NCBI GenBank assembly: GCA_965214705.1
Contig: OZ243972.1
Coordinates: 1,216,001 to 1,280,000, forward strand
Reading direction: 5' to 3'
Length of the DNA: 64,000 nucleotides
From: Alphaproteobacteria bacterium
GTDB lineage: Bacteria; Pseudomonadota; Alphaproteobacteria; UBA828
The position numbers and the translations under genes were made by a program. The notes under the pieces were generated by a model. It was not told the origin of the DNA and searched no databases. It saw only the letters and a program-made list of their open reading frames with translations. Below, piece by piece: positions 1 to 10,711 of this stretch (position 1 is its first letter; each line of letters begins with the position of its first letter).

Positions 1-1
1 G

Positions 2-979
2 AGGCACTTCATCCGCAACAACGGTATTCCTCCCGCGAGCGCGGATGCAGCCGCCTGGATGCTTACCGTTGACGGCCTGGTCGAGACCCCGCTGACGCTC
101 GGCATCGCCGATCTGAAGCGCCGGTTCGATGTCGTCACCCGCGCGCTGACCCTGGAATGCGCCGGCAACGGCCGCGCCTTCTTCGACCCGCCGGCCACCG
201 GCTCGCAGTGGACCTACGGCGCTGTCGGCTGTTCGGAATGGACCGGCGTCCGCCTCGCCGACGTGCTCAAGGCGGCAGGATTGAAGAGCGACGTCGTCTA
301 CACCGCGCATGAGGGCGCGGACACGCACCCCTCCGGCGCGGCGAGCGGGCTCCCGATCTCGCGCGGCGTGCCCATCGCCAAAGCTTTGGACCCCGACTCT
401 CTCATCGCCTTCGCCCAGAACGGGCAGCCGATCCACTCCATGAACGGGGCGCCGCTCCGTCTTGTCATTCCGGGATGGCCGGGGTCGTGCTCCCAAAAAT
501 GGCTTACGCGCGTCTGGCTGCGCGACCGGGTCCACGACGGGGCGAAGATGACCGGCACGTCCTACCGCGTTCCGAGCCGCCCGGTGGCGCCGGGGGAGCA
601 ACTGGACGAGACGGAGTTCGTCATCATCGAGGCGATGCCGGTCAAGTCGCTGATCACGCATCCCGCCACCGGGCACAGGGCTGCGGCGCCGGCCCTGGAG
701 GTGCGCGGCCACGCCTGGGCGGGCGAGCGGACCATCGACGCGGTCAGGCTCTCCATCGACTTCGGCGCGACCTGGACCCCCACCACGCTCGATGAGCCGA
801 TGAACGCGCACGCCTGGCAGAACTGGCGTGCTGCGATCGAATTACCGAGACCCGGCTACTACGAGGTCTGGGCCAGGGCGACGGATTCAGAGGGCGTAAG
901 CCAGCCCCACGCCGTCGCCTGGAACCCGAAAGGCTATCTCAACAACGCGATGCATAGGGTGGCGGTCACGGTCGCTTAG
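2..979 (+). CDS. Sulfite oxidase-family molybdopterin oxidoreductase (SorA/SoxC-like), 5'-partial
   Basis: Frame is open to the window edge (RHFIRNNGIP). Motifs LECAGNGR (Mo-ligand Cys), NGAPLRLVIPGWPGS and a C-terminal dimerisation domain ending WNPKGYLNN. Confidence 0.9.
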   Translation, partial: RHFIRNNGIPPASADAAAWMLTVDGLVETPLTLGIADLKRRFDVVTRALTLECAGNGRAFFDPPATGSQWTYGAVGCSEWTGVRLADVLKAAGLKSDVVYTAHEGADTHPSGAASGLPISRGVPIAKALDPDSLIAFAQNGQPIHSMNGAPLRLVIPGWPGSCSQKWLTRVWLRDRVHDGAKMTGTSYRVPSRPVAPGEQLDETEFVIIEAMPVKSLITHPATGHRAAAPALEVRGHAWAGERTIDAVRLSIDFGATWTPTTLDEPMNAHAWQNWRAAIELPRPGYYEVWARATDSEGVSQPHAVAWNPKGYLNNAMHRVAVTVA

Positions 980-1066
980 GGACGGTATCGCCGCCCGTTA
1001 AATTCTTCCGGTGGCAGGCACAATTGTGTTGCTCACGTGGGCCCGCCTCCCCATGTCCGCATCGCC

Positions 1067-2317
1067 ATGACCGCGACGCTTCGACAGCTTGCCGCGCTGC
1101 TGCTCAGCACGGCGATCCTCTTCACCGGCAACGGGCTGATCAACACGCTCCTGCCCGTGCGGGCGGAGATCGAGGCCTTCTCGACGCTCGAGATCGGTCT
1201 GCTCGGCACTGTCTACTTCGCGGGCTTCATCCTGGGCTGCCTCAACGTGCCCTTCGTGGTGCGCCGCGTCGGCCACATCAGAACCTTCGCGACGCTCTCC
1301 AGCATCATCGCCGCCACGGCGCTCGCCCATGTCTTCCTGATCGACCCCATCGCCTGGGGGGTGCTGCGTCTCTTCGTCGGCTTCGCCTTCGCCGGCCTCT
1401 ACGTGGTGATCGAGAGCTGGCTGAACGACCGCGCCACCACCGCCAACCGCGGCGCGGTCATGTCGGCCTACACCTTCATCAGCCTCTGCGTGTTGATGGC
1501 AGGGCAGTTCCTGCTGACGACCTACGACCCCGCGGGCTTCGAGCTGTTCGCACTCATCGCCATCCTGATCGCAATCGCGCTGGTTCCGGTTTCGCTGACC
1601 AGGGCGCCGGAGCCGCCGCGGCCCGCGACCATCGGTCTCGACATCGTGGGGCTCTGGCGCCTCTCGCCAGTTGGCTTCATCGGCTGCCTGAGCGTCGGCC
1701 TCGTGAACGGCTCGTTCTGGACGCTCGGGCCGGTCTTCGCGAGCCGCAGCGGCCTCGACATCGACAACTTGGTCTACTTCATCGCAGGTGCCACGCTCGC
1801 CGGCGCCGTCGCGCAATGGCCGCTCGGCCTGGTCTCCGACCGCATCGACCGGCGCTTCGTGATCGTCGGGGCGACGCTCTGCGCGGCAGCCAGTGGCGTT
1901 CTGCTCAGCACCTGGGTGGAGCCATCGACGACCCTGCTCATCGGGCTCTCCGCCGCATTCGGCGGCTTCGCCATGCCGCTCTACGCAGTCTCGGTGGCGC
2001 ACGCGAACGACCACGCCGAGGACACGCGCTTCGTGGCGACCGCCGGCGGGCTCCTGCTGGTCTACGGGCTCGGTGCCTCGCTCGGCCCGCTGATCGCATC
2101 GGCCCTGATGGGGTACTACGGCAGCGGCGGCCTGTTCATGTTCACGACCTCGGTCCACGCCGCGCTGGCGCTGTTCACCATCGTCCGCCTCGTGCAACGC
2201 CCGCGACCGAAGCAGGACGATCGTGCCGGGTTCGTGGCGGTACCGCGCACTTCGCCCACCCTCTACGAGCTGGACCCGCGCTCCGAGACGGAATCGGACG
2301 GCGACAAGTCGCCCTAA
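1067..2317 (+). CDS. MFS transporter (YcaD-like)
   Basis: About 12 hydrophobic segments; motifs RRVGHIRTF, VIESWLN, QWPLGLVSDRIDRR, AHAND. Confidence 0.88.
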   Translation: MTATLRQLAALLLSTAILFTGNGLINTLLPVRAEIEAFSTLEIGLLGTVYFAGFILGCLNVPFVVRRVGHIRTFATLSSIIAATALAHVFLIDPIAWGVLRLFVGFAFAGLYVVIESWLNDRATTANRGAVMSAYTFISLCVLMAGQFLLTTYDPAGFELFALIAILIAIALVPVSLTRAPEPPRPATIGLDIVGLWRLSPVGFIGCLSVGLVNGSFWTLGPVFASRSGLDIDNLVYFIAGATLAGAVAQWPLGLVSDRIDRRFVIVGATLCAAASGVLLSTWVEPSTTLLIGLSAAFGGFAMPLYAVSVAHANDHAEDTRFVATAGGLLLVYGLGASLGPLIASALMGYYGSGGLFMFTTSVHAALALFTIVRLVQRPRPKQDDRAGFVAVPRTSPTLYELDPRSETESDGDKSP

Positions 2318-2394
2318 TACGGGCATTCTTGCGCCCGATTCAGGCGGACGTCCCAGCGCGTCCCGGCCGATCTCGCAAATCGTGAGGAGGCCTC

Positions 2395-3282
2395 TTGACC
2401 ACGATCCTGGGTTCCGGGCCCGATCGCGGCCGCGTCACGGGCCGCCTCTGGGTGCTCTCGGCCGGGCTCTGCATGAGCCTGGGCGGGCCGATCATCCGGC
2501 TCGCCGACGAGAGCACGCCGTGGCAGTTCCTGTTCTACCGCTCCCTCGGGGCGGCGCTGGCGATCCTCGTCTATCTAATTGTCACCGGCCGTCCGGTGCT
2601 TCCGACCATCCGCCGCGCAGGCGTGACCGGCGCGGTGGCGGGCCTGGGTCTCGCGGTCGCCTTCACCGGCTACGTGTGGGGCGTGATGCACTCCACTGTG
2701 GCGAATGCGCTTCTCCTGATCAGCGCGTCGCCGCTATTCGCGGCGTTCATCGGCTGGATGGTGCTGCGCGAGCGCGTCGCGCGCTCGATGTGGTTCGCCA
2801 TGGCCGGTGTGATCGCCGGTGTCGTCATCATGATCGGAGAGGGTCTGGCCGAGGCCGACATCCTCGGCGATCTGGCGTCGCTCGCCTCGGCGGTCGGGTT
2901 CGCCGGCTTCTCAGTCGCCATCCGGCGCGGCCGGCACACCGACATGAGCCCGTCGATCCTGATCGCCGCCGCCATCACCATCGTGTTCAGCGGGATCATG
3001 GCGGCAGCCAGCGGCACCGGCCTCGCACCGCCGCTCGTGGATGTGGGCCTCGCCACCATGTACGGCGTGCTGGTCATCGGGGCCGGAATCTTCATGCTGA
3101 CCATCGGCGCTCGAAACGTCCCCGCCGCCGAGCTGCTCGTCCTCTCGTTGACCGAGGTGGTGTTCGCGTCGCTCTGGGTGGCGCTCGCGTTCGGCGAGGT
3201 GCCGAGCATCCTCACCCTCGTCGGCGGGCTGATCATCCTTGGCAGCATTGGCGGCCAGGCCTTCGCCGGGATGCGCAGATAG
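2395..3282 (+). CDS. DMT/EamA family transporter
   Basis: 295 aa, about 10 TM segments, two EamA-like halves (LRER, FGEVP). Confidence 0.85.
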   Translation: MTTILGSGPDRGRVTGRLWVLSAGLCMSLGGPIIRLADESTPWQFLFYRSLGAALAILVYLIVTGRPVLPTIRRAGVTGAVAGLGLAVAFTGYVWGVMHSTVANALLLISASPLFAAFIGWMVLRERVARSMWFAMAGVIAGVVIMIGEGLAEADILGDLASLASAVGFAGFSVAIRRGRHTDMSPSILIAAAITIVFSGIMAAASGTGLAPPLVDVGLATMYGVLVIGAGIFMLTIGARNVPAAELLVLSLTEVVFASLWVALAFGEVPSILTLVGGLIILGSIGGQAFAGMRR

Positions 3283-3292
3283 CTTTGCCCGC

Positions 3293-4582
3293 TCACTCCA
3301 CCTTGGAGGGGCCCTGACGCACCAGCTTGGTGCCGAAGCCGCGGCCCCTGACGATGGCGTCCTCTCCGAACTTTTCGCGCACCGCATCCAGAGCCTTGTC
3401 GATCTTCTCCTCCCCAGGTGCGGCACCGCTGAAGAGGTCGCCTTGGACGACTTCGGCCGCCGGGGCGAAGTCATGAGCGGCGATGCCGATCAGGCGGAAC
3501 GCACGGCCATCGGCCTCGCGCGTGAGCAGCGGCTCGGCCGCGCGGAACATCTCGTCCGCCGATTGGGTGGCGGCGCCGAGGCGGCGGGCGCGGGTGAGGA
3601 TGCGGAAGTCGGCGGTCTTGAGCTTCAACGTGACGCCGCCGCCGGCGAGGCCGGCCTTCTTCAGGCGCCGCGCCACCGTCTCGGTCAGCCGCCACAGGAT
3701 CGGGCGCAGCGTCGCCGGGTCGGACAGGTCTTCGTCGAGGGTGATCTCCGAGGAAATGCTCTTGGTCTCGCGCTCGGGATTGACCGGGCGGTCGTCCTCG
3801 CCACGCGCGCACATGTGGAGCCGCTTGCCGATCTTGCCGTAGCGCGCGGTGAGCGTCGCCTCGTCGAGCCGGGCGAGTTCGCCGATCAGATTAATGCCGT
3901 CTTGCGCGAGGCGCTTCTGCATGGCTGCCCCCACGCCCCACAACAGCCCCACCGGCTTGTCGGCGAGGAAGGCGCGGGCCTCGGCCCGTCCGATCACGGC
4001 GAAGCCGCGCGGCTTGTCGAGATCGGAGGCGATCTTGGCCAGGAACTTGTTGTAGCTGAGGCCGATGGAGACGGTGATGGAGAGCGCCTCCTCCACCCGG
4101 CGCGCGAGGGCCGCGAGCGTCTCGGCCGCGCTCGCGCGGTGCAGGGCCTCGGTGCCGGAGAGGTCCATGAACGCCTCGTCGATGGAGAGCGGCTCCACCA
4201 GCGGCGTGCATTTCAGCATCATCGCGCGGACCTCGCGACCGACGCCCGCGTACTTCTTCATGTCGGGCTTGATGATTTCGGCCTCGGGGCAGGCCTTGAG
4301 CGCCTTGAACATGGGCATGGCCGAGCGCACGCCGTAGGTGCGGGCGATGTAGCAGCAGGCGGCGACCACGCCCCGGTGGCGGCCGCCCACGATCACCGGG
4401 CGGTCGCGAAGCTCCGGGCGGTCGCGCTTCTCGATCGCGGCGTAGAACGCGTCGCAGTCGAGATGGGCGATGGTGAGGTCGTGAAGCTCGGCGTGGCTCA
4501 GCAAGCGCGCCGACCCGCAGGCCGGGCAGGTGCCGGCTGAGCCGAGCGGCCGGTGGCCGCAATCGCGGCACAATGTCTCCAC
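3293..4582 (-). CDS. dinB: DNA polymerase IV (Y-family) with N-terminal CxxC/CxxC zinc ribbon
   Basis: HLDCDAFYA, YIARTYGVRSAMP, SIDEAF, KFLAKIASD. Start placed at GTG 4582 (VETLCRDC). Confidence 0.95.
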   Translation of the reverse strand: METLCRDCGHRPLGSAGTCPACGSARLLSHAELHDLTIAHLDCDAFYAAIEKRDRPELRDRPVIVGGRHRGVVAACCYIARTYGVRSAMPMFKALKACPEAEIIKPDMKKYAGVGREVRAMMLKCTPLVEPLSIDEAFMDLSGTEALHRASAAETLAALARRVEEALSITVSIGLSYNKFLAKIASDLDKPRGFAVIGRAEARAFLADKPVGLLWGVGAAMQKRLAQDGINLIGELARLDEATLTARYGKIGKRLHMCARGEDDRPVNPERETKSISSEITLDEDLSDPATLRPILWRLTETVARRLKKAGLAGGGVTLKLKTADFRILTRARRLGAATQSADEMFRAAEPLLTREADGRAFRLIGIAAHDFAPAAEVVQGDLFSGAAPGEEKIDKALDAVREKFGEDAIVRGRGFGTKLVRQGPSKVE

Positions 4583-4588
4583 GGGGCG

Positions 4589-4617
4589 ATCATAGGACTC
4601 GATCCGTGCCGTGCGAA
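4589..4617 (-). promoter_or_regulatory. Candidate sigma70 promoter for leaderless dinB
   Basis: Minus strand reads TTCGCA-N17-TATGAT, then 6 nt, then the GTG start; no SD. Confidence 0.45.
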
Positions 4618-4646
4618 GGCATAGGGGACGCGCGTCCAGATAGCCG

Positions 4647-5831
4647 TTACTCGAAGCCGCAGGCCGCCGCCGTCGTCCCGATCGAGGCCCACTGGCCAGT
4701 GCGCTCGCCGAAGCAGCCGTCGCGCCAGGCCCCCTCGAAGATGGTGCCGTCGGCTTGCGTGTATGTGCCTTGGCCGTGCGGCCTACCCTCGTGCCATCCA
4801 CCCACGTAGCGCGCGCCGTTGGCCTGGGTAAGTGTCCCATGCCCGTGCTGCTTGCCGCCCCGAAGCTCGCCCTCGTAGCGGAAGCCGTTGGCCCAGTCCA
4901 GGACCCCGCGTCCGTGCATCTTGCCGTTCCGCATGGCGCCGTCGTACACGCCCTCGCCACCGCGAAAGACCAGGCGGCCACTGCCGGAGGCCTTGCCATC
5001 GGTGCACGCGCCCGACCAGGTGAGCGGCTCGTAGTCCGTGTTGCCGTAGTTCCATACCTCGCAGAGCTGGTTCTCCGCTATCGACCAGCTCGCGCCCGAG
5101 GGCTGGGGAGAGGCTGGTGTATCGGGGGCCGGCGTGGACGGCGTGCTTGGCGTCGCGCGCGGCCGTTCCGCCACCAGTCTCAGCAGCGGTCCGTAGATGT
5201 ACGCCTCATCGCCGCTGCGCGGATATTCCACCCGCAACCAGTCTCGCCCCCGAACCTCGCCGGTCACGTGCAGCTCGTCGCCGGACATCACCGTCCCCAC
5301 GATGTCGTAGTCGGGGCTGGGGCCGGTCCTGATATTGGCCGCTTCTCTCGCCGACATCAGGCGATCAACCGGCTTTACCCTGTGGCGTCCCCCCAGCGTG
5401 GTTTCCAGGACGGGCTCTTCGTCCTGTTCGCTTGCTGCGTCATCGACCCGGAGAGGGTCCTCGGCCCCGCACTTGGAGCGCTCGAACGAGAAGTGCCCGA
5501 CGCATGCCCGCGCCTGGTCGCGGAACTTGGGCAGACAGTCGGCAAACTCCTGGTTTTCGACCTCGGTCGCGAACCGGGTGTTCTCCCAGCAAAGCGCAAT
5601 CTTGCGGTCGATGGTACCGAGGCACTGCGCGCGTTGCGCGGGGAGGTCCGTGTACGTGTCGCCTTCGATATCGCCGTGCAGGGGCTTGACGATGCGCCCG
5701 TCGGCCGTCTCGCAATCGAAGGAGAAGCTCCGGATTTCCGCTTCCGCCGCTTCGGCTCCAGACCAGAACATCAGCGCGGCGAGCCACGCTGCTACCGCTG
5801 CAAAGATGCTTATGCCCATGCGGTGCTGCAT
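4647..5831 (-). CDS. Secreted protein: Cys-rich N-domain + SH3b domain + Pro-rich linker + MORN repeats
   Basis: Signal peptide (AAVAAWLAALMFWSGAEA), ANIRTGPSPDYDIVG (SH3b), repeated YxGxWxxGxxHGxG (MORN). Confidence 0.8.
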   Translation of the reverse strand: MQHRMGISIFAAVAAWLAALMFWSGAEAAEAEIRSFSFDCETADGRIVKPLHGDIEGDTYTDLPAQRAQCLGTIDRKIALCWENTRFATEVENQEFADCLPKFRDQARACVGHFSFERSKCGAEDPLRVDDAASEQDEEPVLETTLGGRHRVKPVDRLMSAREAANIRTGPSPDYDIVGTVMSGDELHVTGEVRGRDWLRVEYPRSGDEAYIYGPLLRLVAERPRATPSTPSTPAPDTPASPQPSGASWSIAENQLCEVWNYGNTDYEPLTWSGACTDGKASGSGRLVFRGGEGVYDGAMRNGKMHGRGVLDWANGFRYEGELRGGKQHGHGTLTQANGARYVGGWHEGRPHGQGTYTQADGTIFEGAWRDGCFGERTGQWASIGTTAAACGFE

Positions 5832-5970
5832 GTCCTGCACCAGCCTCTGAGCCCGATCCGGTGGCCGCTTGGCCAAGGTATGCGCCACTGTGGCCTGAGT
5901 ATAGTACAGGTGGCGGCGGCTCTGAATCCCAACGGGCATAGCCTCCGGGCCCGGAGAAGGAAGGCCGCCG

Positions 5971-6390
5971 ATGGAAGCCGACGAGATCATCGCCCGCTAC
6001 GAACTGACGCCCCACCCGGAGGGTGGCCACTACCGCGAGATTTTTCGGGCGCACGCCGAAGACGGTGGCCGCGGCGCGGTGACCTCCATCTATTACCTAT
6101 TGCGGGCCGGGGAGGTCTCGGCCTGGCACCGGGTCGATGCGGTGGAGATCTGGCACTACCACGCCGGCGATGCGCTCAGACTCGAGATTTCGCTCGATAG
6201 CGTGACGACCACGAGCCATCGGCTTGGCGTGGGCGAGGGGGCCTGGCCGCAGGTCGTGGCACCCGTCAGCGCCTGGCAGAGCGCGCGTTCGGAAGGCGTC
6301 TGGACCCTGGTCGGCTGCACGGTCGCGCCGGCCTTTGAGTTCGACGGCTTCGAGCTCGCTCCGCCCGGCTGGCAGCCGGCTGGCTCGTAG
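5971..6390 (+). CDS. Cupin_5 (DUF985) protein
   Basis: LTPHPEGGHYRE, TSIYYLL, WHRV..EIWH, LVGCTVAPAFEF. Confidence 0.92.
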   Translation: MEADEIIARYELTPHPEGGHYREIFRAHAEDGGRGAVTSIYYLLRAGEVSAWHRVDAVEIWHYHAGDALRLEISLDSVTTTSHRLGVGEGAWPQVVAPVSAWQSARSEGVWTLVGCTVAPAFEFDGFELAPPGWQPAGS

Positions 6391-6411
6391 CACTCGTGTG
6401 GGGAGGCCGGG

Positions 6412-7815
6412 TTAACCCCGCTCTGCTGCGAAGGCCGCCAGCCGATCCACGACAAAGCGGAGCGATTCTTCCGTCGTCCTGCGGCTGATGATGCCGAGGC
6501 GGACGGCCTCGGGCTCGTCGGGTCTCAACGCCTCGGCCCAGGCCAGCACGCCTTCGTCCCGCAGATGCTGGACCGCGTCGGCCGCGCTGAAGGCGCCGGC
6601 CCGCATCGCCGGGTGAACCGTACAGACGACCGGCAGCGGCGTCCGGTTGACGATCTCCCAGCCCGCCTCGCGCAACTGGTGCCGCAGTGTGTCGCCGAGC
6701 GCCGCTTCCCCCTCGATCCGCTGCGCCAGCGCTGCCGGCTGGAGAACAGACGTGAGCACCCGGAGCCCGCTGTTGGCGCGCGAGCCCTGGAGCGACATGG
6801 AGGAGAACTCATGCCGCTCCACCGGCCGGTCATAGATGTTGAACGCGCGCTCCACCGCCTCACGGTGGCGGCAAACGAACATGCCGCAACCGCCCGCACC
6901 GAGCGGCACCAGCGTCTTGTGCGGGTCGAAGATGAGCGAATCCGCGGCATCGAGCCCGGCGAGGCAGTCCTCGCGCAGTCGAGGTGAGAAAGCCGCGATG
7001 GCGCCCCACGGCGCGTCGAGGTGGAACCATGCCCCGTGCTCGCGGCACACCGCGCCGATCTCGGCGAGCGGATCGACGATCCCGGACGGCGTCGCGCCGA
7101 CCGAACCGACGGCCATGAACGGCAGGAACGCCCCCGATGCGGCGTCCGCCGCCATCGCGTCTGCGAGCGCGCCCACGTCCATGCGGAGGTCGCCGTCCAC
7201 GGGCACCGTGCGAATCGAGGCGGTACCGATCAGATTGCGCGCGTTCTTCTCGATGGAGAAGTGGGTCTGGGGCGAGACGTAGAGCGCCGGCCGCACCTTG
7301 AGCGGCAGCGCGCCGTGGCGCCAATACTCGTAAGCCTCCTCGCGCCCGGCCGCGTCGGTACAGAGCGCTTGGTCGTAGGCGGTGCAGCGCGGGTTGCGGT
7401 GGGAAAGCCGGTCGGTAAGCGCGACGATCATGGCGGTCTGGTTCGCCTCGGTGCCGCACGCGGTGAAGTGACCGGCCCCGCTCTCGGGATGGATGCCGAA
7501 GGTCTCCATGATCAGGTCGACGGCGTACTGCTCGATGGCGGCGGAGGCCGGATGCTGGCCCCTGACCACGATGTTCGCGCCGCGCCGATTGGTCTCGTCC
7601 ATGGCGGCGATCGAGGCCGCATCGGCGTCGATGCAGAAGTAGCCCATGTTCAGCGGGCTGCTCACATCGGTGTCGTAGAGGTCGGCGAGCCGGCGGAAGA
7701 CCTGCATGAGCCGGTCTACCGGTATATCACCGGCGCCGGGGTCGAGGTTCTCGCGCACGAGCGCATAGACCGTCTCGAAGGCCGGGGCGTCGCGGGTGGC
7801 GGGCGCCTGGATCAT
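6412..7815 (-). CDS. Group II PLP-dependent decarboxylase
   Basis: GTEANQTA, THFSIEK, VGATPSGIVDP, HLDAPWG, FDPHK (PLP lysine). Confidence 0.88.
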   Translation of the reverse strand: MIQAPATRDAPAFETVYALVRENLDPGAGDIPVDRLMQVFRRLADLYDTDVSSPLNMGYFCIDADAASIAAMDETNRRGANIVVRGQHPASAAIEQYAVDLIMETFGIHPESGAGHFTACGTEANQTAMIVALTDRLSHRNPRCTAYDQALCTDAAGREEAYEYWRHGALPLKVRPALYVSPQTHFSIEKNARNLIGTASIRTVPVDGDLRMDVGALADAMAADAASGAFLPFMAVGSVGATPSGIVDPLAEIGAVCREHGAWFHLDAPWGAIAAFSPRLREDCLAGLDAADSLIFDPHKTLVPLGAGGCGMFVCRHREAVERAFNIYDRPVERHEFSSMSLQGSRANSGLRVLTSVLQPAALAQRIEGEAALGDTLRHQLREAGWEIVNRTPLPVVCTVHPAMRAGAFSAADAVQHLRDEGVLAWAEALRPDEPEAVRLGIISRRTTEESLRFVVDRLAAFAAERG

Positions 7816-7902
7816 GGCATGAACTCCATTGCGGCAGGCCGCTGTGGGATACGAAACGGCCCTCCTCATGTAGCAATCAAGAGTAGTGCCGAAGATTCGC
7901 GT

Positions 7903-7932
7903 TTGACATTACAAGCATATCTTCAATATACT
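7903..7932 (+). promoter_or_regulatory. sigma70 promoter of mucR
   Basis: TTGACA-N18-TATACT in an AT-rich intergenic stretch. Confidence 0.7.
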
Positions 7933-7971
7933 CACGATCACTATCGTGTCACCAATGGTAAAGAATTTGAA

Positions 7972-8463
7972 ATGAGCGATCAGACAGAAAATCCCGGCTC
8001 GGACCATGACCTGTTACGCATGACTGCAGACGTGGTCACCGCATATGTCGGTAATAATACCGTGGCGCCGTCCGAGCTTGCGGAGGTCATTCGCACGGTC
8101 CATGCCTCGCTGCGAGAGGCCCAGGCCGGCGCGACAGCCGTTGCGGCACCGCCGAAGCCTGCCGTCCCGATCAAGAAATCGATCACGCCCGACTACCTGA
8201 TCTGCCTCGAAGACGGCCGCGAGTTGAAGATGCTGAAGCGGCATCTGCGCACGACCTACAACATGACCCCCGACGAGTACCGGGCGAAGTGGGGCCTCGA
8301 TGCCGACTATCCGATGGTCGCGCCCAACTACGCGCGGCGGCGCTCGGAGTTTGCCAAGCAGATCGGCCTCGGCCAGAAGCGACGGAAGGCCGAGACTTCC
8401 GAGAGCGACATGGCCTCGGTCGAAGGCGGCGCGTCATCCACGGCAGGCGGCGGCACCTATTAG
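7972..8463 (+). CDS. mucR: MucR/Ros family zinc-finger transcriptional regulator
   Basis: TADVVTAYVGNN, PAVPIKKSITPDYLICLEDG, LKRHL, YRAKWGL..DYPMVAPNY. Confidence 0.96.
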   Translation: MSDQTENPGSDHDLLRMTADVVTAYVGNNTVAPSELAEVIRTVHASLREAQAGATAVAAPPKPAVPIKKSITPDYLICLEDGRELKMLKRHLRTTYNMTPDEYRAKWGLDADYPMVAPNYARRRSEFAKQIGLGQKRRKAETSESDMASVEGGASSTAGGGTY

Positions 8464-8482
8464 GGGCCCGTCGAGCCTCGCT

Positions 8483-9391
8483 CTAGTCTTCTTTGTCTTC
8501 CCGCCGGCCGGTCGTGGTCACGAGGAAGAGCCCGGCGAACATCAGCACCACCGCGCCCCAGATATAGGCTGACGGCGCATCGCCGAAGAACCACATGCCG
8601 AAGCCCATGCCCGACAGCGTGGCCACGTAGTTGACGGTCGAGAAGATCACCGGGCCGGCGCGACGAATGACCTCGAAGACCAGATAGAACGACACGCAGT
8701 TGTTGGCCATCGCGGCGATCGTGGCCCAGTGGCCGGTGCCAAATGAACCGCCGAAGACCCACCACTGGCCGGTCGCAGCCATCACGATGAGCACGTAGCC
8801 GGCCGACGCCAGCATCAGGCCTGCGCCGAGCGCCAGCGAGGTGGTCTGCTGCGGGCGCCAGCGGGCGATCAGCACCGCATTGACCGCATAGGAGAGCGAC
8901 GGCAACAGGCCGAGCGCCACCCAGCCGGCCATGCCGGGCGCCGGCAGGCTCGCCTGCGGCACCAGTACCAGAAGAATGCCGGCCAGCCCCAGCAGGATTC
9001 CGCCGAAACGGAGCGAGTGGAAGCGCTCCTGCCTCAGGGTCAACGCCAGCGCGTAAATCATCACCGGCACCAGCGCGAGGCCCAGAGTAAGCAGGCTCGC
9101 CGGCACCTTGTGAGCGAGGTAGGCAAGCAGCATGTAGGGAAACGAGAGATTCAGCGCCCCGGTGGAGAGGAAGATTCGTATGTGGGGGAAGTCGATAGGC
9201 GGCAAACGGCGCAACGCCGCGGCCAGGAGAAGAAGCGCGCCGCCGCCGCCCAGCGACTGCCAGAAGACATAGGGCAGGAAGGGCACGCCGCCGTCCGCCG
9301 CGAAGCGGTTGAGCGATATCGCCAGCGCGAAGGAGACGCCGAGCACGAACAGCATCCCGATCAGGAGCGAGCTCGGTCGGGTGGCGGGCAT
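8483..9391 (-). CDS. DMT/EamA family transporter
   Basis: About 10 TM segments; motif [10 protein letters not shown]. Confidence 0.85.
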   Translation of the reverse strand: MPATRPSSLLIGMLFVLGVSFALAISLNRFAADGGVPFLPYVFWQSLGGGGALLLLAAALRRLPPIDFPHIRIFLSTGALNLSFPYMLLAYLAHKVPASLLTLGLALVPVMIYALALTLRQERFHSLRFGGILLGLAGILLVLVPQASLPAPGMAGWVALGLLPSLSYAVNAVLIARWRPQQTTSLALGAGLMLASAGYVLIVMAATGQWWVFGGSFGTGHWATIAAMANNCVSFYLVFEVIRRAGPVIFSTVNYVATLSGMGFGMWFFGDAPSAYIWGAVVLMFAGLFLVTTTGRREDKED

Positions 9392-9492
9392 GGACGGAGC
9401 CTCCCACGGGTCGCGGCATCGCCGCCGGGTGCGGGCAGGCTTGGTACGCCTATGCCCGGATGCTAGAAAAACGCGTCGTCCAGGAGGGAATC

Positions 9493-10707
9493 ATGGTCCA
9501 AACCGCAGCGGCCGCCAAGGCCGCACCGTCCCGCACGAAACCGATATTCCAGTGGGACGATCCGTTCCTGCTCGACGACCAGCTCGGTGAGGACGAGCGG
9601 CTGGTGCGCGACACCACCCGCGCCTACGCCCAAGAGCAGTTGATGCCGCGCATCCTCGAGGCGAACCGGCACGAGCGCTTCGACCGTGAGATTCTGAATG
9701 AGATGGGCGCCCTCGGCCTCTTGGGCTCGACCATCCAGGGCTACGGCTGCGCCGGCGTGAGCTACGTCTGCTACGGCCTCGCCGCGCGTGAGGTGGAGGC
9801 GGTCGATTCCGGCTATCGCTCCGCGATGAGCGTGCAGTCGAGCCTGGTGATGTATCCCATCGACGTCTACGGCACCGAGGCGCAGAAGCAGCAGTGGCTG
9901 CCGCGCCTCGCAACCGGCGAGGCCGTTGGCTGCTTCGGGCTCACCGAGCCGGACTCCGGCTCCGACCCCGGCAGCATGACGACGCGCGCACGCACGGTCG
10001 ACGGGGGATTCCTGCTTTCCGGCGCGAAGAACTGGATCTCCAACTCGCCCATCGCCGATGTCTTCCTGGTCTGGGCCAAGAATGACAAAGGCACGATCCG
10101 AGGCTACCTGCTTGAGAAGGACATGAAGGGGCTGGCGGCGCCCAAGATCGAGGGCAAGTTCTCGCTGCGCGCCTCCGTCACCGGCATGATCCAGATGGAC
10201 GAGGTGTTCGTACCGGCGGAGAACGAGCTTCCCGGTGCGAGCGGGCTTGCCGGCCCATTCCGCTGCCTCAACCGGGCCCGCTACGGCATCGGCTGGGGCG
10301 CGCTCGGCGCCGCCGAGTTCTGCTGGCGCGCCGCCCGCGACTACACGATGGACCGCCAGCAGTTCGGCCGGCCGCTCGCGGCCAACCAGCTGATCCAGAA
10401 GAAGCTCGCCGATATGCAGAGCGAGATCGCCATCGGCCTGCAGGCTTGCCTGCGCGTCGGCCGGCTCTTCGACGAGGGCAGGGCGACGCCCGAGATGATT
10501 TCGCTGATCAAGCGCAACTCCTGCGGCAAGGCGATCGAAGTTGCCCGCGAAGCCCGCGACATGCACGGCGGCAACGGCATCAGCGACGAGTTTCACGTGA
10601 TCCGCCACGTCATGAACCTCGAGGCGGTCAACACCTACGAGGGCACCCACGACATCCACGCCCTGATCCTCGGCCGGGCGCAGACCGGCATCCAGGCCTT
10701 CGCCTGA
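9493..10707 (+). CDS. gcdH: Glutaryl-CoA dehydrogenase
   Basis: [71 protein letters not shown]. Confidence 0.95.
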   Translation: MVQTAAAAKAAPSRTKPIFQWDDPFLLDDQLGEDERLVRDTTRAYAQEQLMPRILEANRHERFDREILNEMGALGLLGSTIQGYGCAGVSYVCYGLAAREVEAVDSGYRSAMSVQSSLVMYPIDVYGTEAQKQQWLPRLATGEAVGCFGLTEPDSGSDPGSMTTRARTVDGGFLLSGAKNWISNSPIADVFLVWAKNDKGTIRGYLLEKDMKGLAAPKIEGKFSLRASVTGMIQMDEVFVPAENELPGASGLAGPFRCLNRARYGIGWGALGAAEFCWRAARDYTMDRQQFGRPLAANQLIQKKLADMQSEIAIGLQACLRVGRLFDEGRATPEMISLIKRNSCGKAIEVAREARDMHGGNGISDEFHVIRHVMNLEAVNTYEGTHDIHALILGRAQTGIQAFA

Positions 10708-10711
10708 CGCC

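Noticed and set aside
4480-4582. Zinc ribbon at the DinB N-terminus
   Set aside because: Common feature of alphaproteobacterial DinB, not novel.
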